A stretch of DNA of 57,923 bases, the filler included, from Sphacelaria rigidula (taxonomy: Eukaryota), in the NCBI GenBank assembly GCA_964200075.2. It is 8 parts of 8 records of this genome, joined end to end, with 100 filler letters (N's around TTAATTAATTAA, not from the genome) between each part and the next. Parts side by side here need not be neighbours in the genome. Positions count along the whole stretch, not along the records: positions 21,760 to 28,912 come from CAXNAA020016226.1; positions 29,013 to 36,165 come from CAXNAA020016227.1; positions 36,266 to 43,418 come from CAXNAA020016228.1; 5 more parts are not named here. One strand, written 5' to 3'. Below the pieces are notes generated by a model, which saw nothing but the letters and a program-made list of their open reading frames with translations, had not been told where the DNA came from and did not search any database. This document shows positions 25,420 to 38,773 of this stretch, one piece after another. A program made the translations under genes and the position numbers. The first letter of the stretch is position 1; the number at the start of each line of letters is the position of its first letter.

Positions 25420-25751
25420 GGTCGCCCCGGTGGCTCAGTTGGTAACCTCGTAACATTCTGACGGTTGAGTAGTGGGGTTCGATTCCCGAGCGATCTTGGA
25501 TTTTTTCTCACACCATGCCCAACAGTGGAGAGCGACTATGTCGTGGGTATACAAAATTCGACCTAACGGTCGACGAGGGAAAGGGATTGCGATAAAAAGT
25601 AAAGGCAAGCACCGCAGAAGGAAGGTGGGGTATTAAAAACAAATAAAGAAAAAGTTCCTGTGTTGACCTTCCTCCCGTGTGACTCCGGCTGACGCGCCCA
25701 CGTATACCGAAAGGTGTAGACTGGCGCCCAGAATAAATGGGACGACAACAC
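25420..25751 (+). mobile_element. tRNA-derived SINE, apparently full length, in LYAR intron
   Basis: A box TGGCTCAGTTGG (25431-25442) and B box GGTTCGATTCCC (25476-25487). The 3' body ends AATAAATGGGACGACAACAC and recurs twice in reverse orientation at ~48640-48910. Confidence 0.75.
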
Positions 25752-25867
25752 TGGAAGACCGCTCAACTCTTACACCGCGAGGGTAGTCCATCTGGATCAC
25801 GCATCATCTTTCCGAAGTGAACTTGATGCCGATTCAACAGATGACCTACTCTCGCCGTCTCGGGCTC

Positions 25868-25989
25868 AACCGTTTGGGAACCCATTGATGATCTTTGTTT
25901 TCGGGAATCGGCATCATTTTGACTTTCAAATTACTGAAAATTATGCTGATTCACAAAAACAAAAATTGTCAATGGGTTCCAAAACGGTT
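25868..25989. mobile_element. Small MITE (21-bp TIRs)
   Basis: AACCGTTTGGGAACCCATTGA ... TCAATGGGTTCCAAAACGGTT. Confidence 0.7.
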
Positions 25990-26894
25990 TAACGCCGCTA
26001 GTACTTATGGACTTGTATCGGCCAACGTTGAGTTTCCCCCCTGCACATGTGCATCCGATAAACTTCGCAGGTTGATGCTGCAAGCTGTGGGACGCGGCCC
26101 AAAATGCACGGGTGAAGAACAATCAGATACATACGATTGAAAATATTTGCTGATGTCATGTACTTCATTCATGGGACAGGCGAACTCCGTCGTACGGGCA
26201 TGGTGGTCGCTGTACTCGAGAAGCACGATAAAATGAGGGACAATCTCTGTCCACGGCCTCCGTGTCAATCAAGCACGTTTTCTTTTTTTCACTTTTCACC
26301 AGTTCCATTGTTCGATGGCATGTCAAATTACCCTCTAGGTTTTGCACATAAACAGGCTCGCGGGGTACGTGTTGGATGCGGTTTCCGTCTTTTTTGCAAG
26401 GGAAAAAAATAAATAACTGCAGGTTTTGTTTGCCTTCGACATAAATCAAGACTTCTTGTACCGCCCGACCATGTCTTGCACGGTAGGAAATAGTGTTTAG
26501 TTCTAACGTCATAAAACGCCCCTCATTTTTTAGTGTGAAGACGTTTAACGATAACGACCCTCCGGGTGTACCAAAATGCAAACAAAACGCCAGAAGTCTT
26601 TTTTTTTTGCCGGATGAATGAAGCGTGTCCATATGTTTTCCATCACGCGATTTTTTCCCCATTTGGACAACGTCTGTGGGATCCAATGGTGTGTGCCATG
26701 ACGCGATTTGGAATTATTTTTGTGCACACGTCGGACTGATCATGATCTGTCTGAAGTAACTAACCCTAAGAGAAAGTGCCGGACCCGTTGATCCAAAAAC
26801 ACAACATATATGACCGCGGAGTCAGAGAAGCCAAATAACAGCCTTTGCGCTACTCCGCGTACTCGGCGTTCGGCGCTGTAGGGAGCAAACATGG

Positions 26895-28830
26895 AAAGGG
26901 GGGGGAGGGGGTTTACTCATGGTCATGCATATAGTCATAAGACCATTTATCTCGTATCCCTACAAAGCCGGGACGGAACACGCCGGGTTTTCGCCGGACC
27001 AGGCTCGCACTCACCAAAGCGCGAAGCGCCGTGGTGTATTCGGCGAGTCGCACGAAGGGTGAGCTGCATCCTGCTGAGACAGTTCGACCCGAAGCCCACT
27101 GATTATCTTGCTTTTGGACACACTCTGGACAAAAGATTCTATTGTAAAAAAATGTTTTGCGTACAGTATGGAATCTACTGTCTATTGCAGTAGGCGCAAT
27201 AGCCGATACTGAAGGCAGTAAACGCTTTGACTGTGTATTCTATTGTCTAGAATGTGCATTTGGATAACAGCCTCCAATGAGTTGCTTTATTTTCTGGTAT
27301 CGGGGGCGAATGATCCGGGTAATGTATGGAAGATGTATCGCTCGAGCAAGCAGAGACCTACGGGTGAGGCGGTCGTTGTCCATGTCGTCCTGATGGTTTT
27401 TCTTGTCAATGTAGGCAAGAAGTGGGCCAGGCTTGTGAGTGGCACGCGTAAGGCGGGCTATTCCCTCGGGGATGCTTGGCCAACGTAATATGGGGCTCGT
27501 TACTTGCATCGCCTCGAGTTGTCTAGGATCGGCTTCTCAGGGTTCGGGGTATTCGGTTCCTTTCCCGTACCTGCGTGCGCATATTCCTTATACATGTGGT
27601 ATCAATCTTGGATGTGTCACTGTAAAGAGATAAATGTCTTCCACACATGATCCGGATCAGTGTTCTGAGAGGAATTCATTTTCGGATGGATCATTGATCT
27701 TTCCGGCCTGCGGAATGTTTGTTGCCCGCAGACCAAGAGCAAGAATCGAGGAGTGAACGAGATTTGGAGTGACGCGGTCATGCGAGCCGCAGAAGCCGCG
27801 GCTAAGGGTACTGCTCCCAAGGCAATATCGTGCCACCTCGCCCGCATGGGCGACCTCGGAAACGTGCCACGCCAAGAGAAGAAGTTCAAGGTGTGCGTGT
27901 TGTTTCAGAGAGGTTGGAGGTGTACATGTATCAAACGCGGGCGGGCGCACCGGGAGGTACTCATGATCTCGCGTGCCATAGTCATAAAGGCCAGTGGCCT
28001 CGCATCCCTACAAAGCCGGGACGGAGCACGCCGGGTTTTCGAGGCTCGCAGTCAATCACCGAGCGCGAAGCGCCGTGGTGTGTTCGGCGAGTCGAATGAA
28101 GGGCGAGCTGCATTCTGCTAAGACAGTTCGGCCCGAAGCGTATTGCTCATCTTGCATTTGGATGGCAGCCTCCAACGAGTCGCTTCATTTTCTGGTATCG
28201 CCACTTCCAGATACAGCCACGGGTCATACACTGCCTCACGGGTGTCTCACCATTTAAACACCACGTAGCATGACCATCTCCTTTGCCTGGAGTTGAGGTT
28301 CCCCCACCCCGCACAAAACGATCTAGCTCAACCACCATCACGGTTACCCCCCCAAAAAAGACGCAAGCGCGCAAAACAAATGGTTAATCTGGTTACTCAG
28401 ATTACGCAGTGAGTGGTGTGTTTTACAGAGTCATCGCCACCGGATGCCAACCCCGTAGGGGGTCCGCCGCTACAAAGCCGGAACAGAGCACGCCGGGTTC
28501 TCGCCGGACCAGGCTGTGCGCGGGGGGGTGGGTTTACTCATGGTCTTGCGTGCTGTAGTTATGAGACCGTTGACATAGCATCCCTACCGAGCCGAGACGG
28601 AGAATGCCGTGTTTTCACTGGACCAGGCTTGCGGTCACCAAGCGCGAATCACCGTGATGTGTTCGGCAAGTCGCATGAGGGGTGTCCTGCACATGTTGCT
28701 TAGATTGTTGAGTCCGAACACACTACTCGGAAGCATCTGGCATGTGAATGACAACCTACAATGAGTTGCTTCGTTTTCTGGTATCGCCACTTCCAGAGAC
28801 AGCCGCGGGTGACGATGCCTCATGAGTTCC
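26895..28830 (+). repeat. Cluster of a poly-G-headed ~300-bp dispersed repeat family (copies ~26895-27120, 27950-28255, 28455-28830)
   Basis: Core GGGG..TACTCATG.TC.(T/C)GC..GCCATAGTCAT...CGCATCCCTACAAAGCCGGGACGGAGCACGCCGGGTTTTCG. Other or related copies at ~6903-7015, 21760-21815, 22558-22615, 29030-29080, 31440-31640, 35205-35290 (minus), 35395-35470, 57510-57550. Confidence 0.85.
27732..27890 (+). CDS. LYAR: LYAR exon
   Basis: TKSKNRGVNEIWSDAVMRAAEAAAKGTAPKAISCHLARMGDLGNVPRQEKKFK (conserved NVPRxxKKF motif). ccgcag / gtgtgc splice sites, phase 0. Confidence 0.85.
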
Positions 28831-30621
28831 TCGCCAATTAGGGAGAAGAAAGTGAGGGGGAGGAGAGGACGTACTTTTGATGATGCATGTCATAGTCATG
28901 AAGGGGAGGAGGNNNNNNNNNNNNNNNNNNNNNNNNNNNNNNNNNNNNNNNNNNNNTTAATTAATTAANNNNNNNNNNNNNNNNNNNNNNNNNNNNNNNN
29001 NNNNNNNNNNNNTGCCCTCCCACCCCACCCACGTCCAGAGACAGCCACGGCTTACACACTGCCTCATGGGTGCCTCACCATGCCTTACCGCGGGGGGGGG
29101 GGGGAGTAGTGAAAACCACTGAACAACACAAGGGAGCCAAACGAACAAAATTACAACAAACCATGGCGTGCACACTCACAACAGAATAGTATATGGAACA
29201 CCTGCCCATTCTAGAAGCCATGTGCTCAACACATAAATTTGATTGATTCATTCCTGATTGTCGCACTTCAACTCGACCCCCCAGGGATCCAGCCGTGGTC
29301 GCATGACTGTAGACATGTGTAAAATATATGCTTTTACAAAAGAAGCAAACTGCAGCTCAAAAACCAACGCAAACACAAAAACACAAAAAAGCAATACCAA
29401 TCAGGAAGGGAAAAGATCACACCCTGGACAAAATGTGGTCAACGGATACTTCACCCAGCACATTTTTTCTCCCTTGTATCCATTGACTATATATTGTCCA
29501 GTGTGTGTGTGGAGAAGATCAACTTTCAAAATCATCCATCCATCCGTCTCGTATGCGGTGCTGCTGTCGCCATCCGTGTGCTGACCGTTCACTACATAGC
29601 AATGCACTCCGTGGACCAGATGCGTAATGTGCTTACTGGCCTGGCCATATTTCGAGACTTTTCATGTGCAGGGCGAGCGCTCGCATGATCACCTCTAGAC
29701 CGGTGACCAGTCTCCGACGATTCACTCACGGCAAGAGCGAAAATGCCATGTGACCATCTTCAAACCTTGAAAACACGGATCACATTACCGTCGTCGAACT
29801 ATTTCAGGAATACGGATGGACACGTGGAAAACAAGACCCCCGGAGATAATCCAGAAGGGTGAGAAACAGCTGATCACGCGAAAAAAAGTCGCTTTGTTCT
29901 TTTTTTGCAGTGTGCGTGGATATAATAGCACATGAAGTACACAAGCCTTAAACGTTTGTGCATTGAATGATCCCACTACGTGTGAATGTGCCCATCACAA
30001 GAGAAAAGCTTGTGCACGAACATCTTCACCCTCCTGCAATCTGCCACATTCAGGCACAATTTTCGTCAGATTCGGGTACATCTTGAAATTCAGCTGAACA
30101 TCTGGGAAAACAAAATATAAAGGGAATCTTCAGGTGTTGTATCTCTTTCGTTTTCTGCGAGAAATACGTTTGTGGCGGTTTCGGCCAATCGCGTGACCGA
30201 AAGTCTGGCCGGCTGGTGCTCTCCGTACGCGATGCACCTGATTTACATACGTCCAGGTACACCTGAATCTTTCATTTTTTCTCGAAAAGTAGTGCAAGCC
30301 GCAAGCCGGCACATGTACGGCAATATATGTACGGAAAATGAGATTCGGCTGAAACATATATTCTTTGTACGCGTGTGGATATCCACATGCCAGATTTGGC
30401 ACGACAACGCAAATAACTGGCTCGAAACGGTCGCGTTATCCGCTGTCAAGAACACAGAGCAATTCTCATTATATTTCCAGAGATCCGAGATGACACCATT
30501 CCAGCAGATGAGCTTGAAAACTTTGTCCGATGCCTGCCACTTTGGAGCAACGTTCTCAACACGTTCGGAGCAGGTGTTCTGCGAGTGTAGAAATAACCTT
30601 CTGCGACACGGGCGCTGCTTT

Positions 30622-30711
30622 TGTGACGGTTTAAGAGACTACCAACTAGACTACTTTTAAGTCAGCGCTGACTTGTCAGTAGTCTAGTTGGTTGTCTCTT
30701 AAACCGTCACA
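30622..30711. mobile_element. ~90-bp foldback (palindromic) element, copy A
   Basis: TGTGACGGTTTAAGAGACTACCAACTAGACTAC...GTAGTCTAGTTGGTTGTCTCTTAAACCGTCACA. About 5 differences from the copy at 57776-57866. Confidence 0.85.
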
Positions 30712-32769
30712 GCGCGCAGGTATTTTGCGAGTTTTTGGAACAACGTTTCGGAAATGTTGGTGGAACAAATTTTCGGGTAGAAGTTTGTACGTGATTGGAT
30801 GAATGGCCTGGAACAAACGGAGCAAAAAAAAAATGTAAAGGATCGATTGGTTGGCGTGGGTTCACCGGCGTGGGACTACGATATGTCCATGGTGGACACA
30901 TTTTACAACTATCGCTTCTCGTTGTTCACACTCAAATCAAGTATTATCAACCATGAACATATTTTACTCCGACGCGGGTAATGTTACGGGACTGGTTGGT
31001 TGGTTGTTGCGACAACCTTCCCAAACCGTTGGTAGAATAGCGTTTGGTGTAGATCATGGTACGTGTTTAGATCAATTGCCCGGAACAGGCGGAGAAAAAC
31101 AAAATGTAACGGATCGATTGCTTGGCTGGTTGGTTGAATGAGTAGTTGACCCGCTTCGAAGCCAACCGGCGGTCGCGAAATATCTTCACCTCAGAAAAAT
31201 AGACGGAAACACTTGCTCATGAAATCTTCAGCGAGGAAAGTTGCAGAAGGTATACGATGAGAAAAAATAGACAGGGTACACAAAAAAGTAAGAGGCTTCT
31301 GCGCTGAGTCGTCGACTACGGGAGAGCCGCCAACGCTGTCATAACAACAGTCGCAATAGCTCCCGAGGAATCCGAGATGAAAATGATCAAGAGAGTGGTT
31401 CGCCTTGTACTTGACTAGAGATGACGGGAGAGGGGAGGAGGGGCGTACTCATTTGTTGCTTGTATTAGTCGTTTGACCATTGACCACGCATCTATTTCGA
31501 GCCGGAGCACAGTTCCTACTTCTAGTAGAGATACCTCAAACTTCTAGGTGCTCATTACATTTTTCGCCATACATTATTACACCAAAGGGGGGGGGAGGGG
31601 GTACTCACTTGTTGCTTGCCTCAGTCATTCGACCATTGTCTACAGCAGAAATTGAGAGTACCCTTGATTTCTTCCAATTGTTCTTATTTCTCCTCATTGG
31701 CTTGTAATGCCATCAATGTTGTCGACTTTTCGTTCCCGTTTTCATGTTGCACCTCGTTTTCATGGTTTTGTTTTCATTTTTCAGAGTCATAGGTAGTGGA
31801 ATTTGTTTGTCCTTCTTGCAGGTGGAGTAGATGAAGACTTTCTCGCGCTGATAGTGCAGTCGTCAGACACCCGGTCCACGAACTGCTTCTACGGTCCGGC
31901 TTCTGCGTACGGCCTCCTTACGTGAAGCCCGGGAAGGAGGCTGTGGATATTCCTTTTCGGAATCATTGTTAGTTCCAGCCCGGCGTCATTTCTTCGCTTC
32001 TTTGCTTTTTTACCCTCTTTTCCCTCATGTCGTTGGATCGTTCTCCTGTCTACTCTGTCTTGTGCTCTCTACATAGCAGCATTTCTCTGGGAAAAAAAAA
32101 ACGAGTTCGTGCGTCTTCCATGTACGCCGACTATGCCAATGTGATCACCACGATTGGGGTAGCAGATCATAAAATATGCGATAATTCAATGATAACATCA
32201 GACATCAGGCTGGTTACTAGTAACGATGCCGACAAAAACTCGGCAGGGCCAAGTGGGGCTCCAAGTAAGGCTGCCGTGGAGTCCGATTGCGATTGATCGC
32301 TCTGGAGACCGCTCTCGTAAGCAGATATTCTCAGTCACCGACTCGACAGAAAAAAGAGACACGAAACACTGATACGCGGCAGGCTCAGAGAAAAATAGCG
32401 ATAAGACAAGGACCAAATGACCGAAACGACGGGCAAGCGGATCAGTCAAAATGGAAAATAACCAACCACAAGATGACAAAAAAAACGACGACGACGACGA
32501 CGAGCAAAAGCCCTCATACACGCATGCGTAAACTAACAAACGTCGACCGTCCGGGGCTGAAGGGCAATAATGAGGACGGCACAAAAGTGTCCCGTCTGAG
32601 TGCGTTTTTTTTTTTGCCGCCATGTGTTTAACCCCTCCCGTTCTATGATACAGGTCTGTGGTTTGAAGGAAAAAATCATCCTCCCGGCACACACCTTTAC
32701 AAGTCGGTACCGCGGATTGGATCATGACTAACATTCCCCCACCGTGTTGACATTCGTCATGTGATTTGT

Positions 32770-32921
32770 TTTTGCTACTCATGCCCTCACGTTTCCAACC
32801 ACGGGAATCATCAGATACTTAGTAAAACAGAAGAATGCACGCGTCGGGATTCGAACCCTCTCATCTTCCGCTCAAACAGGTTTCAGTCGTACCGTTATAG
32901 TGTAGACCATCGGGGGCGCGG
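32770..32921 (-). mobile_element. tRNA-derived SINE (second family)
   Basis: Minus-strand A-box-like ATGGTCTA (~32903-32910) and B box GGTTCGAATCCC (32846-32857). Does not fold into a full cloverleaf. Confidence 0.55.
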
Positions 32922-34272
32922 CGATCATGCACTGATGGCCACGTATCGATACCCGCAGTGGCTTGACACGTTTGAATAACGCGTGTTCGGGGATGAGATA
33001 TGTCGAACTGAGAAGTAGGCTGTGCGCAATGGGTAGCTCTTGTCTGCGCAAAACGCGAGGTGCGCCGGTGTACTGTGCAAGGTTGCCTCTCAACTGGCGA
33101 GAGCAGCACCGGCAGCAGGGGAAGCAACAGCACCAAGCACTGCGACAACAACTCCAACAGCAAGCAACGCTGCTTACCCCCGTAGCAGCTTCAGCAGCGC
33201 CAACAACGGTAACAACAGCGATCGAGTGTTTGCGAAAAAAGCATGCCTTCTTTCGTAAATCCTCTACTTCTTGTTCGGTAGTCAGTTCCTACAGTAGCGA
33301 GCTCATTGCCCTGGGACCCAACTGACACTGGGAAGCATTTTTATGTAATAGAAAGTCTCGACTTTCTATTTATTACATGTACATGCTTGCTTCCCGGTCA
33401 CGTCTCGGAAAACCCCTGGTGTTTGCGGGAACCATGCCTTTATTCGCCTTTCAACATTTCTCGTGCTATCTTCTCACCGGTTTTCGTAGCGTCGCTCTTC
33501 TTATTTTTTTTCTTTATTTTGGCAATGTGTCTGGTAAGGAATAGTAAGGACGGTATTGGAAAGGCGAGCCTACGTCTGTGACCACGGGTTCGCGAGATCG
33601 CACTAATGTGCGGAAATAATAATAATAATGATGATGATGATGGAAAGGTACTACACTACCGAGCTCATCGTCATGGGACCCACATGCACTACCAGCGTCA
33701 ACTGATGCTGGTGTGCAGTAGAAAGTCGGTGCATACTTCCCAGTGTCAGTTGACATCAGTGCATTGGGGTCCGACGACCACGAGACTAACATTAGCTGTG
33801 TGCCACGAATAGAGGACTGACAAGTTGACGAACGATTTCGCCAACACTCCAACATACCGCCACCATTTCCGCCATAAGTCGCTACCACACAACCACCACA
33901 CTTTTTCGTTTTTGTTTTCCACAAGTCACATTGTTAACCCCCGACTCCCTTGCCTTCCCCGAGATGGGTCCATGATCTCCAAGGGATCAGACCACCTCTC
34001 CCCCAGCACACGCCGAGCACTATGGTCTCGCGAATGGGAACATGACCATCGCTCCCACACTGCGATGACTGTCGTCAAACGAACAACTCAGTCAACTACT
34101 ATTTGTGCTCTTCCTACCTTCGAAGTTTCAGGGATTAAGATGAGATACTTCCGAGAAGCGAGAAAAGGAAGAAAAAAAGAAGAAGCATATGTCAGTAATA
34201 GAACCCGCGTTTTTCCCACCCCGATGGTGTCGGTTGAACCACTGCACCACCCGAGCGCAGCTGCATACCCAC

Positions 34273-34488
34273 CGTCAGAAATTGCTTGATGAGTCCGTTC
34301 TTGCGAGGCCCTCTCCAGATCACGGCGTTGTCCTGCTGCGGGAGCATGAAACCGATGGACATGACCCCCAGTCCGTCGTTCACCCACACGGGTGACCATC
34401 CGGAGGAGCTTTGGTGCACCTCCTGCCCCGTGAGCCCTAGCATTCGCGGTACGCTAGGGCCGCATATGTCGATATCGAGTAAGCCAAC
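34273..34488 (-). CDS. NBP35: Cytosolic Fe-S cluster assembly factor NBP35/NUBP1 (Mrp/NBP35 P-loop family), single internal exon
   Basis: [72 protein letters not shown]. aacag / gtgggt splice sites. Cannot fully exclude CFD1/NUBP2. Confidence 0.9.
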
Positions 34489-35903
34489 CTGTTAAATCAA
34501 GGCCGTGCGTAAGGGCGGGAAAGGGTGCGTGTGGGTGTGAGCGTGAAATTGTCTGGTCTGGTGCATTCTAGGTTCCGTTTCCGATTCTCGCCGTTCGTTA
34601 TTAGAGAATTTCGGGAAATATTTTTCTTGTCATTTCAGAGTGCAAATATCTCAGGATCAGAGTGTAACAAAAAATTAATACCCCCTCCGTCAAATGTGGT
34701 ATCTCCTTCAAATGTTTTTCGAGGAGGTTTTGTTTTTTACTCTGCACTTCGATCCTGAGATATTTGCACTCTGAAATGACAAAAAAGCGTTTTCCGAAAC
34801 TCTCTGCTATATAGCCTTAGGCTCGGGTTGAGGTAACGGCATTTTTTTTGGTATCTGTACACTAACCCAAATTTTGGGGAAAAGTCGGCGGGGGGTACTG
34901 GGGGGGGGGGATGGGACGGATGTCCATGTTTTGCGTTGTTCGAAACCTGAGCTCCGACACGGAGTCGCGAACGTTTGTGAATGTGTTGAGCATGTCTTCC
35001 CCTCACTGATTTTGTTCCAGCACCATTCCCCATCATCCTTGCTCACTGTTGCACTTCAAGTTTTCTTGCTGCGCGTCTGTGAAGAAAAAAAAAACAATTT
35101 TCCCCCAAGTTCACGCCCCAACGGTGTTGCTCCCAAAAAGCTGCTTCGTCACTGGCTTTCACCACTTCGTTCTTCTCTTTACACTTTAAACCCCTACCCT
35201 CAGCCGGCGTGCTCCGTCCCGGCTTTGTAGGGATACGAGGTCAATGGTCTGGTGACTGCGGCATGCAAGCTTTTGAGTAAACCCCCTACCCTCCCCTTTC
35301 ACTGGTCAAACGACAAAGGCGAGCATGAAATAAGTCCCCCCTCCTCCCCTTTCCCATTTTCTCTCGCTCCTTATCTCGTCTTGTTCTTCTTGGGGAGGGG
35401 GGCGTACTCAGTTGTTGCTCGCCACAGTCGTTTGACCATTGACCACGCATCCCTTCCGAGACGGAGCACCGTTCAACACAGGCACCTCCAACATTTAGGT
35501 GCTCATCACGTTTCTTTCATATGTTGCACAAAAACCTTTTTACATATCTCATCCCCGACCTGTCTTACCGTCTCTGGCCACCATCTATCCCCTAGTATAG
35601 CCATCGTTTTCTCCCTACTGTCTACTGCATCAAACGATTGCATGCCATCTTTGTTCACGTTCCGCATTTCCCCCTCTAGCACGTCCCGTTACTCCCCGTA
35701 CAGTTCACACTCTGCAACTACATGAGTTCTGCTTTCTACTGCTTTGCCACAGGGGCAATTCCGTGCATCTGCTTCCTTCTGCTCTCGGCCACTGGTGAAT
35801 CCCTTCTTTTTGGCAGGTCTAGGTCATACTACTCTCCTTGTTGTCACCCGTCTTTTCCTGTTGTTGTCCTTTACTATCTTCTCTCTTCCTTTCTTTCAGT
35901 GTA

Positions 35904-36078
35904 CAGTAGCGGCCCCGATATAGCGGCACCCTGAATAGCGAAATGCCCTAAATAGCGGCACGAAAATCTCTTGACACCATCTTGACCCGATATAGCGGCA
36001 AATGCCCGCTATTCAGGATCGGGCCCTCATTAGCGGCAATTTGAGGTATTTCGCCACCGCGATAGCGGCAATCTACTG
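35904..36078. mobile_element. pogo/Tc1-like MITE
   Basis: ta|CAGTAG ... CTACTG|t termini with repeated ATAGCGGCA subterminal motifs in both orientations. Confidence 0.5.
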
Positions 36079-38629
36079 TCCACAGGACCCCCTACAGCAG
36101 TAGGATACAGGATCCATACAGCAGTACAGCTGCAGTACAGCAGTACAGTACAGTACAGCAGTACANNNNNNNNNNNNNNNNNNNNNNNNNNNNNNNNNNN
36201 NNNNNNNNNTTAATTAATTAANNNNNNNNNNNNNNNNNNNNNNNNNNNNNNNNNNNNNNNNNNNNGTGTGGGTGGGGTTGGGGGGGGTAATAAAAGTTTT
36301 GGCCAAGCCCGCAAGGTGCCTTCTTCTCAACGCGTCCATATCCCTGTCGTTACAAGATACTCCGCACTTCACTGGTGTTTTGCCTTTCGCGAGTCCAATT
36401 GCCAGCTACTTTGGACCTTCCTGCTTCCCCTCATACCAACCTTCTCTACACATCGGCCGAACCTTGCGTGTGCGTGGGCGGCGTTTGCTGTGCAGGATCC
36501 AGATATTAATCTGGATTAATTATCTTCGAAAATGGACTAGAACGTTACACTGAGTCCCAACACCAGTGTTTTTCCTCTTCAATGTTATGGAGGCATTGTA
36601 CTGAAATTAAAAACTCATCATCCGCGGTCAATCGAAGACGGTCATACTTTAAGGCCTAAAATATGCTGAGACTCAAGAGGGAGGACGTCCTTGGACGAGG
36701 TCTCCACACCAGCACGGATACCTGGCGCTACGGACCAGCTTTCGCGCGTTTGACAGCCGGGTGGGAAAGGATGTTCATTACTACGAATGCAGACAGCGTT
36801 TATTGCACGGTATGTATCCGCGCAATTGTAAGTTGACACTGTGTGTTCCCAGTGCCAGTACAACGAGTCCTGTAGAACTGACTGTACGATGCGAGCCACG
36901 CCTCGACAGGGCTGGAATGCCCGCGATCCATTCGTGCCAAAAGACAAATCGCATCTTGCACTGTTCTATTATGAAACCAAGTGAAAACTCTGCACAAGGG
37001 TGATCACGCGCCTGCCAGAGAAAGGTAAATATCTTCACGTGGGAGCACACTACGGAAGAATATCTGATTGATTTTGATAAAAGAAAACTACAGCAACTGC
37101 CCCCGTCATTTTCAGACCGTCGTGGTAACGCCCAAGCTAGGTCTGGCACTGTGGGGGAGAAGATGTTGCCCCCTGCCCGAGTAGGTCCGCGGTGGTCCTT
37201 GACATGAGACACTCATCGCCTTGGCTGCGTTGTGGGGCCGTATCTTGCTCAGCAAGGCGTATAAAACTCAGGGGTATCTGCATCCTACATATGGAGAAGC
37301 TAAACTATCGGGTTTTTTCGGCCTAGGCGCCAGCCTCGACCAATAGGGGGGCGATCTAGACAACAAAGATGGCAAGATCTACTCCTGTCTCCGCGCGGGT
37401 TCCATATCATTACCCTCCAGAACTGTCATCAGAAAGTGTTTCTGTTTTCGGAATCACTGCAGAATCGTGCACGATCATCCTTTCACTACACGCAGCGCAC
37501 GAAATGCCCTGGGTCACCGAAAATGCTGCGTCAACACCTACCTGCGGCTTCAGTCCACACATACGTCAACTTTCAGTATCATCAGACGCTTGGTGTACTG
37601 TGTTGGGGCGCTCAATCTCCAAAAATACCGCCACATTATTGAAAAGGTACAACACTGACAGTGCTTTCCCCGACCTCAACTCATGACATAACTGTCATAC
37701 GGCGTCCCATGCCCCCCCCCGCCCCCCCCGACCTCATCGAGACGATATCTAGGGGTTTCCCGTCTTCCGTTTCCCTAGAGGATATGAGCGAAGGCACCTT
37801 TCTGCTTCGTCTGGAAATTACTCGAGTTGGTGTGCTTGATTCGTACCGTCCGGATGGATCCTTGGGCTTTGTTTACAGCGTTGCACTCGAGGTATGCGCG
37901 CCCCAGGCATGAGGAGTGGTGCAAAAAGTGTGTTGAAACTTATTTCTCCGGCAGCCAACTCTCTTCTCTTTTCCACGCATTCATGCCTCAAAAATCGTGG
38001 ATTTGGTGATAAGAATCGGCGAAGATTTGTTCAACTTTTGGATGCCGTCAACCCGATGATGGTGCTTTCGCTCATGCCCCCGGGGGAAACGGAAGACGGG
38101 GGGCATGGGGTCGTCCACATGGAAGCCATTTGCCATTACTTGAGGTCTGGGAAAGCACCGTTTTGGAGTTCAAACTGGTTATACAACGTACACACACGAA
38201 GGACAGATGATGAACTACCTAATATATTACTCCGAGTATCCTGATCCTGATAATGAGCTAGGTCATTCGGCTCCTTTCCCGTATATTTTCCCTCCAGCGC
38301 CGAACTCCGAGCACGCCAAGTAGCGCAACCGTAGCGCTTTGACTTCTCAGACCCTGCTGTCACGTATTTCGTGTTCCTGAACAAAGGACCCGAGAGTCTT
38401 CTAAACTCAGTTATTATGGGTGTCTCATGAGCCATCCCACATGTGCAATGTTCAACCTCATTTTCGAAGATGGGCCTCCTCCTTCATGCCATCGGTTGTT
38501 GGATAGTTGCACGTAAACTGATACACATGATGTTCATGAGAGTTGCTGGAAGACACGTCGAAAAAGGGACAGTTTTCAGCGGAGAGTCGATTGTTCTGCA
38601 GCGTCAGCCAAGGTCAGTTTGACGCTTAC

Positions 38630-38773
38630 CCTTCGCTTGGCGAACTTGTAGATACGCTTCTCGGCGGAGGCACCGCCGGTCTTGATCATGTCGAGAATGC
38701 GCTTCTCATACGGCATGAGACCCGCCACCTCGCGCACTACCTCCCGCACGAGCTTCACGCGAGCTCCCAGGCG
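38630..38773 (-). CDS. RPL36: 60S ribosomal protein L36 (eL36), exon 2; last exon not found on this contig
   Basis: [48 protein letters not shown]. aag acceptor, gtaagc donor. Confidence 0.93.

Noticed and set aside
25420..25500. Functional tRNA gene (also 32840-32921)
   Set aside because: A and B boxes are present but there is no proper anticodon arm or cloverleaf. The 25420 head continues into a dispersed repeat body, consistent with a SINE.
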